Source: Candidatus Elarobacter sp.
GTDB lineage: Bacteria > Vulcanimicrobiota > Vulcanimicrobiia > Vulcanimicrobiales > Vulcanimicrobiaceae
Length of the DNA: 64,000 nt
Reading direction: 5' to 3'
Assembly: GCA_036264835.1 (NCBI GenBank)
Contig: DATAQE010000142.1
Span: 312 to 64,311, forward strand
Part shown: piece by piece, positions 38,401-47,460 of the stretch
Layout: each line of letters opens with the position of its first letter
Numbering within the stretch: the first letter of the stretch is position 1
Program-made: the position numbers and the translations under genes
Notes under the pieces: model-generated
What the model was told of the DNA's origin: nothing
Seen by the model: only the letters and a program-made list of their open reading frames with translations
Database searches by the model: none

Positions 38401-39677
38401 CGCAGACCTCGACGCCGTGCGCGGGGACGACCGACAAGAATGCGCTCCCGCCGGGCGCGGAGCTCGACGTGACGTTCCACTACACGACCGCGCCGACCGT
38501 CGGGACGTACCCGATCAACTGGACCGTCGTCGGCGCGAACGGCGGCGCGGTGATCGCGGCGAGCGGTGTCCCGCCGGCCTCGAACGCGCAGATCCCCGAC
38601 CTCGTCGTCGCGAACACGACCGCGCAGACGAGCTTCACCTACGCGGGCGGCTACATGGCGGTGCCGGCCTACCCGCCGACGATCACGGCGGTGACGCCCG
38701 GGAGCCAGCCGGTGGTCGGCTCCTGGGCCAACTACGCCGAAGGCAACGGGTTCGTCTTCGAGCTGCACAACAACGGCTCGACGACGATCACCGACGTCAG
38801 CATCGCGATCCCGTGGGCGAACACCTCGGGCCAGCTCTTCGACACCGCGTACCCCTGGTGGGTCGATCAGAACTACGTCTACGTCTACGGCGCGGGCTCG
38901 AGCGGGGCGAAGTGCAGCGGCACCGGCATCAACTCGCTCACCGAAGCCGTGAACGGCTCGCCGGGGACGTCCGGACTGCTTCGGCTCTCCGGCTGCAATG
39001 TCGGCGTCGGCCAGAACCTCGACGTGGCGTTCTACGCGCGCAACCCGTACGACGTCGGCTCGACGTTCCGCTTCGACGCCAGCGTCGCGACCGGGAACGC
39101 GACCCCGCCCGACCCGCGCACCGCGGGGAACGCGAACACGCTCCCGCTCTACACGCTCTCGAACACCGTCCGCATCATCGCCGACGCGCGGCTCGCGATC
39201 CAGATCCCGACCGGCGGGGCGTACTCGCCGGCGCTGACCACCGCGGTACCGGCGCTGAACTGCCCGGGCTGCACGTACAGCTCCGCCGGCGCGCTCCCGC
39301 TGATCAACCTGAACCAGCTCACCGGGACGGCGAACTACGTCGACGCGCTCGCGATCTCGGCGTACACCGACTCCGCGAACGGCTGGAATCTCTCGGTCTC
39401 GGCCGACGTGAACCCGTCGACCTCGAACGGCTCGCTCAGCACGTGGGTCACGCCGCAGTCGGCGGCCGCGGGCGGGACGTACACGAGGTCCGTCACGTCG
39501 GCGACGCTGGTGCCGACGAGCGGCGCGCTGACGCTCTCGAGCTGGACCGGGACGAGCCCGGTGCCGAAGAAGCCCGTCGACAACCTGATGGGCTACACCG
39601 TCACCGTCAACCCGTTGTCCGTGAACAACAACGCGACGACGACGGTCACCCTCACCTACACGCTGATCGCGAATTGA
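35403..39677 (+). CDS. Large secreted adhesin, 1424 aa, with C-terminal pilin/WxL-like domain
   Basis: Signal peptide, T/S/N/G-rich beta domains with Cys pairs, C-terminal YTDSANGWNLSVS..VTLTYTLIAN. Confidence 0.72.
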   Translation: MFSLSRTLAFLAIVVVAVLGAGGFAALAQSTSQSAGRTTGGPRTTTTAPTPPPLPYGDQSRTAQGAKRSLSTDAGNGDLLAALARLTAGTSSSSPMLRYLGPRPPIPKLTDLLHHRARWKMSASGGSIVLTGTSNQPYLDDQTVSYGSMVFWLCQNLTPNTLYRYVLFSPDGYGYIPQPKTYVTSAQYPTANTTNFTTDATGRCDHTGGGTLYPFWAQVYLQTPLQGSVSSGGTTSDPTGTFNGVANPRSGTDSPYSGVWAIAAQNATTNAFEAVAYTVMVGTLNFNTYSDAGYSAKSADFTSGSTVYVSASGLNPSHFYAFGFVNTSGNGLPCVYSFPTGAQNSSNATCFLAGATGILPTNGTLTGQFPTPASGPNAAGTYSVQLFDATTNDLISTQQISLNPSSVAWNALQPYNGASTGTNLNDTFATDGLINIASGAPSTDQSVQGLSFSGSGTVNGHVYKLTISNGNGVVLSGTTSDTGTNTYGAAPQFFNAPASFTATGTTWAQNNVPFPLNATNFTAFGATQTPFAPNVYTAQLYDVTAASVVGSKSFRIVSYAGQFQWTSPAGGYVNALAASAATPVTATLTNTAGTLFGSWNGDPVVAVKISGDSGGVVTINRQGCPGACVATTTDSSGQTWNIGAVTGNTITLTPAVAGQSLALGATLPIPITVSAATNACTTACILRTQITPLHGIAMSQINNTMTNLATNGLNVLGSTTSGTNTQPTYSIAVGRYNGTQLGTNPPRYTEMMYVSGTNGAPSTGTYTMTLTVNNTGGPAAITAIEFVMPPTVDPNRQTPAVTSAIVNGTAQTWTVRNQNGSNGAAADAALGPNAFALATTSAGIPVGKSATFTITIPMLLASFPFQEINAIANYKGTPFTIGATNTLTNAVAGTNNIDSTELAVFSLNPSFMNASITPSVVPALAGTTATFKLVNTSTGLDANPDYISQLLITVPTGAIPNSVTVSSPNQSGVTWNANATGTAGQWLIDLCAVGTAPSPPQTSTPCAGTTDKNALPPGAELDVTFHYTTAPTVGTYPINWTVVGANGGAVIAASGVPPASNAQIPDLVVANTTAQTSFTYAGGYMAVPAYPPTITAVTPGSQPVVGSWANYAEGNGFVFELHNNGSTTITDVSIAIPWANTSGQLFDTAYPWWVDQNYVYVYGAGSSGAKCSGTGINSLTEAVNGSPGTSGLLRLSGCNVGVGQNLDVAFYARNPYDVGSTFRFDASVATGNATPPDPRTAGNANTLPLYTLSNTVRIIADARLAIQIPTGGAYSPALTTAVPALNCPGCTYSSAGALPLINLNQLTGTANYVDALAISAYTDSANGWNLSVSADVNPSTSNGSLSTWVTPQSAAAGGTYTRSVTSATLVPTSGALTLSSWTGTSPVPKKPVDNLMGYTVTVNPLSVNNNATTTVTLTYTLIAN

Positions 39678-39688
39678 CGGGCCGAGAC

Positions 39689-40357
39689 GTGAAGCGTGCT
39701 CTCACGGCCGCCGCGGCGGCGCTCCTCCTGACGACGGCGGTCCCGCAGATCGCGCGGTCGGCGCCCGCGCAAGGCTCGGCGCAGCTCAATTACAAAGTGC
39801 TGCCGACCGTCAAGGCGCAGGTCACGCCGAACTATCTCAGCGGCTACGGCCCGCAGGGCGGTCTGGGCAGCGGCGTGACGCCCGCGGCGGGCCCGAACGC
39901 CTCGCTGCAAGGCGGGACGGTCGACTTCGGCAACGTCGTGGTCGGTTACACGTATCTGTACAAGTACGCGGCGCAGGTCGCGGTGCAGACGAACGACTCG
40001 GCCGGCTTCGTCGTGTACGGCGAGGGCGCGACCGATCTGAACGGGAGCAATCCGGTCCCGGCGCCGTCGACGTGGCCGATCTTCTCGACGCTCTACTGGC
40101 TGCCGTCGAGCTCGGCGAACTCGCCGTTCTCGGCCGCGACCTCGTTCAACAAGACCAACGGCAGCCCGATCGCCGGCGGCGCGAACGGGATCGACTACTC
40201 GGGGACCGGCGGCGTGCCGTCCGCGATGTCGGTCGTCTGGTCGAATCCGACCTCGGGGAACGTGACCCAAGGCTACGACTACCAGCTGCGCCTCTCGGGC
40301 GCGGTCCCGCCGAGCCAGTTCAACGTCTACATCGTCTACACGGTGATCGGAAATTGA
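39689..40357 (+). CDS. Putative minor fimbrial subunit, paralog of 33751 protein
   Basis: GTG start, signal peptide, QGSAQLNYKV, VDFGN, VQTNDSAG, C-terminal VYIVYTVIGN. Confidence 0.68.
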   Translation: MKRALTAAAAALLLTTAVPQIARSAPAQGSAQLNYKVLPTVKAQVTPNYLSGYGPQGGLGSGVTPAAGPNASLQGGTVDFGNVVVGYTYLYKYAAQVAVQTNDSAGFVVYGEGATDLNGSNPVPAPSTWPIFSTLYWLPSSSANSPFSAATSFNKTNGSPIAGGANGIDYSGTGGVPSAMSVVWSNPTSGNVTQGYDYQLRLSGAVPPSQFNVYIVYTVIGN

Positions 40358-41091
40358 GACGCCCGAACCTTCTCGCGCTGCTCGCGCTCGCGGTCCTCGC
40401 CACGCTGACGGTCGTCTCGCAAGCCGACGCGCTCACCGGGCTCAAGACGTACAAGCTCGTCACGATCGACGTCGTCGTCACGCCGAGCCCGATCGCGTAC
40501 GCGCCGCCGAAGAAATCGCAGTATCCGAGCCTCGCCGCGCCGCGCGTGCAGATCGCGGCGTCGAGCACGGCGGCGTGGGACGTCGCGCCCGGGGGCGGCG
40601 ACGCGGCACTCCCGCTGATGATCGCGCAGATCAGCGCGCAGGCGACGCCCGTCCCGGTGCAGTTCGTCGCGAAAGCCGATCCGAACGCGCAGTACCTGCA
40701 CGTGATCCCGCACGAGCCGCCCGGCGGTTTCGCCGGCGCGTACGGGACGACGGTCTTCCCGTGCGCGTTCGAGATCTACACCTACTACACGAACAGCTAC
40801 CGGCTTCAGGACTGGGGCTACGGGACGAACAAGACCGCCGGTGCGGCCTCCGGCACGTTCCCGATCGAGAACTATCCGACGACGAGCAATCTCTCGTGGG
40901 CGGTCCCCGACTTCGGCCCGACGGTCACGCCGTACTGGAACCAAGGGCCGGCCGGTGAGACGACGTGGCTCGGCGCGGTGAAGCAGGCGCAGCAGCACTG
41001 CATCGACCTGACGCTGACGGTGCCGAACGCGCAGGCGTCGGGCTCGTTCACCGCGGTCGTCGAGTATGCGCTGTACGTAACGCTGCCCTAG
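40354..41091 (+). CDS. Putative minor fimbrial subunit/secreted protein
   Basis: TTG overlapping the previous stop (TTGA), signal peptide, 2 Cys, C-terminal LTLTVPNAQASGSFTAVVEYALY. Confidence 0.62.
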   Translation: MRRPNLLALLALAVLATLTVVSQADALTGLKTYKLVTIDVVVTPSPIAYAPPKKSQYPSLAAPRVQIAASSTAAWDVAPGGGDAALPLMIAQISAQATPVPVQFVAKADPNAQYLHVIPHEPPGGFAGAYGTTVFPCAFEIYTYYTNSYRLQDWGYGTNKTAGAASGTFPIENYPTTSNLSWAVPDFGPTVTPYWNQGPAGETTWLGAVKQAQQHCIDLTLTVPNAQASGSFTAVVEYALYVTLP

Positions 41092-41092
41092 T

Positions 41093-41113
41093 GGGTCCGC
41101 CTTCGGCGGACCC
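41093..41113. terminator. Hairpin between convergent genes (probable terminator)
   Basis: GGGTCCGC-CTTCG-GCGGACCC directly after the operon stop. No strong U-tract. Confidence 0.6.
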
Positions 41114-41119
41114 GTCGCT

Positions 41120-41593
41120 TTAGTCGTCGCGCCGTACGGCGGCGAGGACGAGCGCGACGGCGATCAGCATGACGGCGCAGCCGTAGACGAGCGTCGACTG
41201 CTGGTGCAGCCCGTGATAGCGTGCGCTCGTGACGTCGGTCGTCGCGGCCATCGCGGGCACGATCGCGCGCTGCTGATAGATGCTGAGCCCGAGCGCGAGT
41301 GCGATCAGCGCCGCGCGCAGGAAGTCCCAGGTGCGCTCACCCGCGAAGGCCGAGCGGACGAGGACGACGACGATCGCGAGCCCGCCGAGGACGTAGCCCC
41401 ACACGCTGAGGACGCCGATCGAGCGCGCGACGAGCTCGGCGAAGCGCGCGACGTCGAGCGGCGCGACGAGGCGGAACGCGAGCGGCGCGAAGACGAACGC
41501 GAAGCCGACGAGCGCGCCGAGCCAGGCGCCGAGCGCGGGGATCTCGATCGCCGCGAGGACGCGGTCGCGCCGCCCGGAAGGGATGTTTCTCAT
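41120..41593 (-). CDS. DUF4149 (TMEM205-like) membrane protein
   Basis: GAWLG..FAFVFAPLAF, IVPAM, YHGLHQQS; 4 TM. Confidence 0.78.
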   Translation of the reverse strand: MRNIPSGRRDRVLAAIEIPALGAWLGALVGFAFVFAPLAFRLVAPLDVARFAELVARSIGVLSVWGYVLGGLAIVVVLVRSAFAGERTWDFLRAALIALALGLSIYQQRAIVPAMAATTDVTSARYHGLHQQSTLVYGCAVMLIAVALVLAAVRRDD

Positions 41594-41621
41594 CGCCGAG
41601 CCCATTCCGAGGAGGACGAGG

Positions 41622-42383
41622 TTGGACCCGCTCGCTTTCATCACGGCGCTCGCGCGCGACGCGGGCGCGCTCCTGTGCGAGCGGATCGACCGGCCGCGCG
41701 ACGTCGCGGAGAAACGGCCGCACGACCTGGTGACCGATGCGGACCGCGCGAGCGAGGCGCTGATCGTGCGCCGCGTGCGCGAGGCGTTCCCCAGCGCGGC
41801 GATCCTCGGCGAGGAGAGCGGCGCGCACGCGGGCTCCGGTGACGAGCGGTTCATCGTCGACCCGCTCGACGGGACGACGAACTACGCGCACCGCTACCCG
41901 CTGTTCTGCGTCTCGATCGCGTACGAGCGCGCGGGTGTCGTCGAGGCCGGCGCGATCTACGCGCCGGTGCTGGGCGAGCTGTTCACCGCGCGGCGCGGCG
42001 GCGGCGCGTTCCGCAACGGTGCGGCGATGCGCGTCTCACCGGTCGAGCGCGTGGCGGACGCGATGGTCTGCACGGGTTTCAACCCGGCGCGCTACGCGCG
42101 CAACGGCCCGTACTTCGCGCACCTCTCGAACCACGCGCAGGCGCTGCGCCGCGACGGCAGCGCGGCGATCGACCTGGCCTTCGTCGCGGCGGGGATCTAC
42201 GACGGCTTCTGGGAGTGGGACTTGAGCGCGTGGGACGTCGCCGCGGGCGCGCTGATGATCCGCGAAGCCGGCGGGCTCACGACCGCGATCGACGGCGCCC
42301 CGCTCGACATCGCCGCCGGCTCGATCCTCGCGACGAACGCCGCGATCCACCCCGAGATGCAACGCCTCCTCGCCGAAGTTTAA
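41622..42383 (+). CDS. suhB: Inositol monophosphatase family protein
   Basis: DLVTDAD, ILGEES, IVDPLDGTTNY, RRDGSAAIDL, WDVAAG. GAGGAGG RBS before TTG. Confidence 0.9.
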   Translation: MDPLAFITALARDAGALLCERIDRPRDVAEKRPHDLVTDADRASEALIVRRVREAFPSAAILGEESGAHAGSGDERFIVDPLDGTTNYAHRYPLFCVSIAYERAGVVEAGAIYAPVLGELFTARRGGGAFRNGAAMRVSPVERVADAMVCTGFNPARYARNGPYFAHLSNHAQALRRDGSAAIDLAFVAAGIYDGFWEWDLSAWDVAAGALMIREAGGLTTAIDGAPLDIAAGSILATNAAIHPEMQRLLAEV

Positions 42384-42541
42384 CGCTGCGGCTGCTCCTC
42401 CCGAGGCAGTTCGGGAACGTCGGATCGCAGCGAGCGCCCGGCGCTCTTCTCCGCTGCGGCGATCACCTCGGGACTGAAACGGATCTCTCGCGGCGGGATG
42501 TCCTTTCCCGGCGGATCCTTCTTCGGGTGCTTCGGATTCAT
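42380..42541 (-). CDS. Small hypothetical protein, 53 aa
   Basis: AGGAG RBS; ATGA overlap with the upstream GNAT stop. Confidence 0.55.
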   Translation of the reverse strand: MNPKHPKKDPPGKDIPPREIRFSPEVIAAAEKSAGRSLRSDVPELPREEQPQR

Positions 42542-43173
42542 CGAATCTCCTCGGCTTGAAATATACCACGGGCGACGAGTTGCTCCAACGACTCGCGGTC
42601 TCGGAGGTCGAGGACCATTTCGAGCGCGCCGTTCGGATGCCACAACGCGGCCTGCTCGGCCGCGCGAGCACCCAACGGTTCACCCGACCGCGAGCGAACG
42701 ACGATGAGTTCCCATTCCCGCTGCGGGACGAACGGAATCGGACACCCGGTTCGGGCTCGGTGAAGTCTGTCCAGGCGCTCGGCAACGTCCTTGCGGTCGT
42801 CGGCACGAACGTAGCGGAACCCGAACTGCGGCCAGACGAAAACACCGTAGTCTTGCGCGAACAGCTCGACGCGATAGCAGCCTAATCGCCGGTACCCGCG
42901 CAGAACCTTGCGATAATGGCTGTATGCGATTCCGCGCCGGCGGAACGCCGGCTCGACTGCGAATGCGTCGTGTACCGCGGTCCAGGCGAATCGATGGCGG
43001 ACCAAGTGCCGCGTGAATGCGCCCGCTTTCCGGCGGTCGCGCGTCTCGATCGAGCCGTTGATCCAGTAATGATCTCGGTCCATCTTGACGACGACCGGGT
43101 CGCAGACGAAGCCGGGGTGATCGAGGGTGAAGATGCGTCGGAGCGTCGGCACGTCCCAGCCTTGCTTGGCCAT
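42538..43173 (-). CDS. GNAT-fold acetyltransferase-like protein
   Basis: Acetyl-CoA motif A AVEPAFRRRGIA; motif B-like ELFAQDYGVFVWPQFGF. Confidence 0.65.
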   Translation of the reverse strand: MAKQGWDVPTLRRIFTLDHPGFVCDPVVVKMDRDHYWINGSIETRDRRKAGAFTRHLVRHRFAWTAVHDAFAVEPAFRRRGIAYSHYRKVLRGYRRLGCYRVELFAQDYGVFVWPQFGFRYVRADDRKDVAERLDRLHRARTGCPIPFVPQREWELIVVRSRSGEPLGARAAEQAALWHPNGALEMVLDLRDRESLEQLVARGIFQAEEIR

Positions 43174-43260
43174 GCCTCGATCAAATCAGACTCGCGTTGC
43201 CTCCTCGTTGCCGCGATGTGGCCGAAAGGGAATCGGGCGGGGTGTGCGCGAGATGGGTGG

Positions 43261-43626
43261 ATGGAGTCGGACGAGGAGATGGTCGTCGTGTCGCGGGCGG
43301 CGCTCGAGCAGCTGCAGCGGCAGATCGACGGGCTCCCCGAGATCTTCGCGAAGAGCACGCAGGAGATCGGGCGCGCGCTCGCCGGGCGTCTGTCGAGCGC
43401 GCTCGACTCGCTCGCGGCGCAGCTGACGGAGACGACCGAGGACGCGCTGCGCGCGATCCGCGATGCGATTCCCGTCGTCGTCGCGCGGCACGCGCCGGAG
43501 ATCGCGCCCGAAGCGCTCGAGGCGATCACCGAAGAGATCTACCAGCGCGCGGCGGAGCGTTTCGCGACGCTGCACGCGGCCCAGCGCATCCTGAGCGAAC
43601 GCCTGCAAGAGCCGCCGGCGACCTGA
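43261..43626 (+). CDS. Hypothetical helical protein
   Basis: Host-like codon usage from ATG 43261; coiled-coil-like. Confidence 0.65.
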   Translation: MESDEEMVVVSRAALEQLQRQIDGLPEIFAKSTQEIGRALAGRLSSALDSLAAQLTETTEDALRAIRDAIPVVVARHAPEIAPEALEAITEEIYQRAAERFATLHAAQRILSERLQEPPAT

Positions 43627-43658
43627 GCCGTCCCGCTCGATCCGGGAACAACCGAAGC

Positions 43659-44562
43659 GTGCAGCTCGGGATGTTCGCGGACCGGCGGCAGCCGAAGAAG
43701 AAGCGGGACGACGTCCCCGGGATCCGCGTCGGGACGTGCGGGTTCAGCTATCGCGACTGGATCGGGCCGTTCTACCCGCCGGGGACGAAACCGCGCGAGA
43801 TGCTCGAGCACTACGCGCGCGAGTTCTCCGCGGTCGAGATCGACAGCACGTACTACCGCGTGCCCTCGCGCGCGTCGTTCGAGTCGATGGCGGAGCGGAC
43901 GCCGCCCGGGTTCCTGTTCTCGGTGAAGCTGCCCGGCGCGGCGACGCATCTGCCCGCCGACGTGACCGCGATCCCGCCCGAGATCGGCGATTTCCGGCGC
44001 GCGCTCGAGCCGCTCGCGGAGAGCGGGAAGCTCGCCTGCGGGCTCATGCAGTTCCCGAACAGCTTCAAGCCCTCGCCGAACGCGGAGAAGCGGCTGCGCG
44101 CGCTGCGCCGCGCCCTTTCCGAGATGGATCTCGTCGCGGAGTTCCGCCACCGCGACTGGCAGGCGAACGCGACGCTGGAGCTGCTCGCGGAGCTCGGGAT
44201 CGGCTGGAGCAACGTCGACATGCCGCACTTCTCGAAGCTGCTGCGCGAGTCGGCCGACGCGACGAGCGAAGTCGCGTACGTGCGCTTCCACGGCCGCAAC
44301 GTGAAGCAGTGGTGGCGCCCGGAGACGCCGGACCTGCGCTACGACTATCTGTACTCGGCCGAGGAGCTGGAGCCGTGGGTCGACCGCGTCGGCGACCTGC
44401 GCGCCTCGCCCGGCGTGCGCGAGACGCTGGCGTTCTTCAACAACCACCGCAGCGGCCAGGCGGTGCGGAACGCGGAGATGTTCCGGGCGATGCTGGAAGC
44501 GCGGCTCGCGGGTCGCCGCGGCCGCGCTTCCATACCGCCGAAGGACGGTTCGAGCCCGAAGG

Positions 44563-44573
<11 letters not shown>
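43659..44573 (+). CDS. DUF72 (YecE-like) protein
   Basis: IRVGTCGFSYRDWIGPFYP, VEIDSTYYR, AEFRH, YVRFHGRN, YDYLYS, FFNNH. Confidence 0.9.
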
Positions 44574-45405
<832 letters not shown>

Positions 45406-45503
45406 GTCGTTCGTGGCTCCTGTCTGGCTGAGTGACTGACAAGTGCCGTCTTTCCCAGGATGATGCCAGGTACGCGTGCTCGCTCAGCGCAGCTTCGACA
45501 ACC

Positions 45504-46652
45504 TCAGACCAGGCCGTCCATCGCAGCCAGAAAGCGCTCGATCTCTTCGTCGGTGGTGTAGAAGTGCGCGCTGACGCGCAAGCCGCAGCCCGGCCGGTAG
45601 TCGACGTAGATGCGGCGGGCGATCAGCTCGTGCAGCACGCGCTCGGCGTTCGGAACGTCGATCCCGACCCAGCCCGTGCGCCGCGCGGCCTCGTGCGGCG
45701 TGTTCACGCGCCAACCGCGTTCGAGCGCCTCCTCGGTGAGGCGCGTCGTCAGCCGCACATTGTGTTCCCGAATTGCCGGGACGCCGATCTCGCGGATCAG
45801 ATCGTGCCCCGCCTTCGCTACCAGATAGCCTGGGATCGTCGGCGTCCCGGTCGCCCAGCGCAGCATCCCGTGCGCGAGATCGATCGGCGGCGGCTCGAAC
45901 GCGAACGGCTCCCGGTGCGCGAACCAGCCGGTCACCATCGGCCGGAACCGCTCCGCGAGCGCGGGCCGCACGTACATCCAGCCGCAGCCCGGCCCGCCGC
46001 ACAGCCACTTGTGCGAGCCGCCGACGACGACGTCGAGATCGAGCGCGACGACGTCGTACGGATACGTCCCGGTCGTCTGGTACGCGTCGAGGACGACGAG
46101 CGCGCCGACCTCGCGCGCACGCGCGACGATCGCCGGCACGTCGATCACGACGGCGCTCTGGTAGTACGCGTGCGAGAGGAGGACGACGGCGGTGCGCTCG
46201 GTGATCGCAGAGCAGATGCGGTCGGTCGGGATCGTGCGGCCGTCGTCGGTCGGGACGCGCACGGTCTTCGCGCCGGCGCGCTCCCACTCGGTCCAGACGT
46301 ATGCGAGCGAGGGGAACTGCAGCGCTTCGTACACGACCTCGTTCCGGTCCGTGCCTTGAAAGCTCAGTGATGACGCGAGCGCGGATTGCAGCACGCTGAC
46401 GTTCGGCGCGAGCGTGACGGAGCCGGGGGGCGCGCCGACGATCGCGCCGATGCCGTCCGCGATCGCGCGCGCTTCGTCGAGCCACGCGGGCCACGCGCCT
46501 TCGGGACCGCCGTCGGCCCACTGCTCGTGATAGCGCACGAGCGCGTCGCGCGCGGCGAGCGGCGGCGGGCCCATCGAGTGCGAGACGAGCCACGTGTTCT
46601 GGGCGAGTCCCGCGAACCGGTCGCGCGCTCGCGCCTGCGTCGTAGCGATCAC
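45504..46652 (-). CDS. kynU: Kynureninase (class V PLP enzyme)
   Basis: SHSMG, QFPS, LDAYQ, GGSHKWLCGGPG, GWFAH..PF. Coupled to kynA by a GTGA overlap. Confidence 0.85.
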   Translation of the reverse strand: MIATTQARARDRFAGLAQNTWLVSHSMGPPPLAARDALVRYHEQWADGGPEGAWPAWLDEARAIADGIGAIVGAPPGSVTLAPNVSVLQSALASSLSFQGTDRNEVVYEALQFPSLAYVWTEWERAGAKTVRVPTDDGRTIPTDRICSAITERTAVVLLSHAYYQSAVVIDVPAIVARAREVGALVVLDAYQTTGTYPYDVVALDLDVVVGGSHKWLCGGPGCGWMYVRPALAERFRPMVTGWFAHREPFAFEPPPIDLAHGMLRWATGTPTIPGYLVAKAGHDLIREIGVPAIREHNVRLTTRLTEEALERGWRVNTPHEAARRTGWVGIDVPNAERVLHELIARRIYVDYRPGCGLRVSAHFYTTDEEIERFLAAMDGLV

Positions 46653-47431
46653 GCGGGCGAGCTTCCGCCGAGCACCGTGCGGACCTCCCACAGCTCGGGG
46701 AAGAAGCGCTTTTGCAGCGTGCTCTGCAAGTACGGGACGCCGAGCGAACCGCCGGTCCCCGGCTTCATCCCGATCATCCGCTCGACCATGATGACGTGCC
46801 GCCCGCGCCACAGCCGCACGCGCTCGTCGAACTCGATCAGATCCTCGAGCAGGAGGTAGAGCGCGTAGTGCGACGCCTCGTTCTCGTAGATCGCGCGGAA
46901 GGTCTCGACCAGCGCGTCGTGCGAGGTGACGTCGAAGCCCTGCCGCGCGAGATAGGCTTTGAGCGCGTCGTAGAGCGTCGGCTCGCGCAAACGCCGGTCC
47001 AGGTTCGCGCGCTCCGGCGGCGTGAGGTCGAGATGCTGCAGGGCGGCTTCCGGCATCTTGGCGCCGCAGCGGAACTCGATCTCGCGGAACTGCGCGGACT
47101 GGAATCCGCTGGCGGGGTTGAGCCCTTCGCGGAACGCGTTGAAATCCTGCGGCGTCATCGTTTCGAGCACGTCGACCTGCATCTCGAGGATGCGCTGAAT
47201 CGCGTGGATGCGTCGGAACGCCTTGGCGACCTTGAGCAGATCGTCCGTGTCGAGGAAGCGCACCGCGGCGTCGAGCTCGTGCAGCGTCTGCTTGAACCAG
47301 AGCTCGTACACCTGATGGATCAGGATGAAGAGCAGCTCGTCGTGATGCGCGGGATCGCTGAGCGGCCGCTGGAGCGAGAGCAGCTCGGGGACTCGCAGGT
47401 ACGAGCCGTAGGTCAGAGGCGTCGTCGTCAC
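46649..47431 (-). CDS. kynA: Tryptophan 2,3-dioxygenase
   Basis: YGSYL..LLSLQ, HDELLFILIHQVYELWFK, ASGFQSAQFR, VERMIG.KPGTGGS.G..YL, FFPELW. Confidence 0.95.
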   Translation of the reverse strand: MTTTPLTYGSYLRVPELLSLQRPLSDPAHHDELLFILIHQVYELWFKQTLHELDAAVRFLDTDDLLKVAKAFRRIHAIQRILEMQVDVLETMTPQDFNAFREGLNPASGFQSAQFREIEFRCGAKMPEAALQHLDLTPPERANLDRRLREPTLYDALKAYLARQGFDVTSHDALVETFRAIYENEASHYALYLLLEDLIEFDERVRLWRGRHVIMVERMIGMKPGTGGSLGVPYLQSTLQKRFFPELWEVRTVLGGSSPA

Positions 47432-47460
47432 CCGGACCCCTTCCGCGCCGCGGCGCGCCG

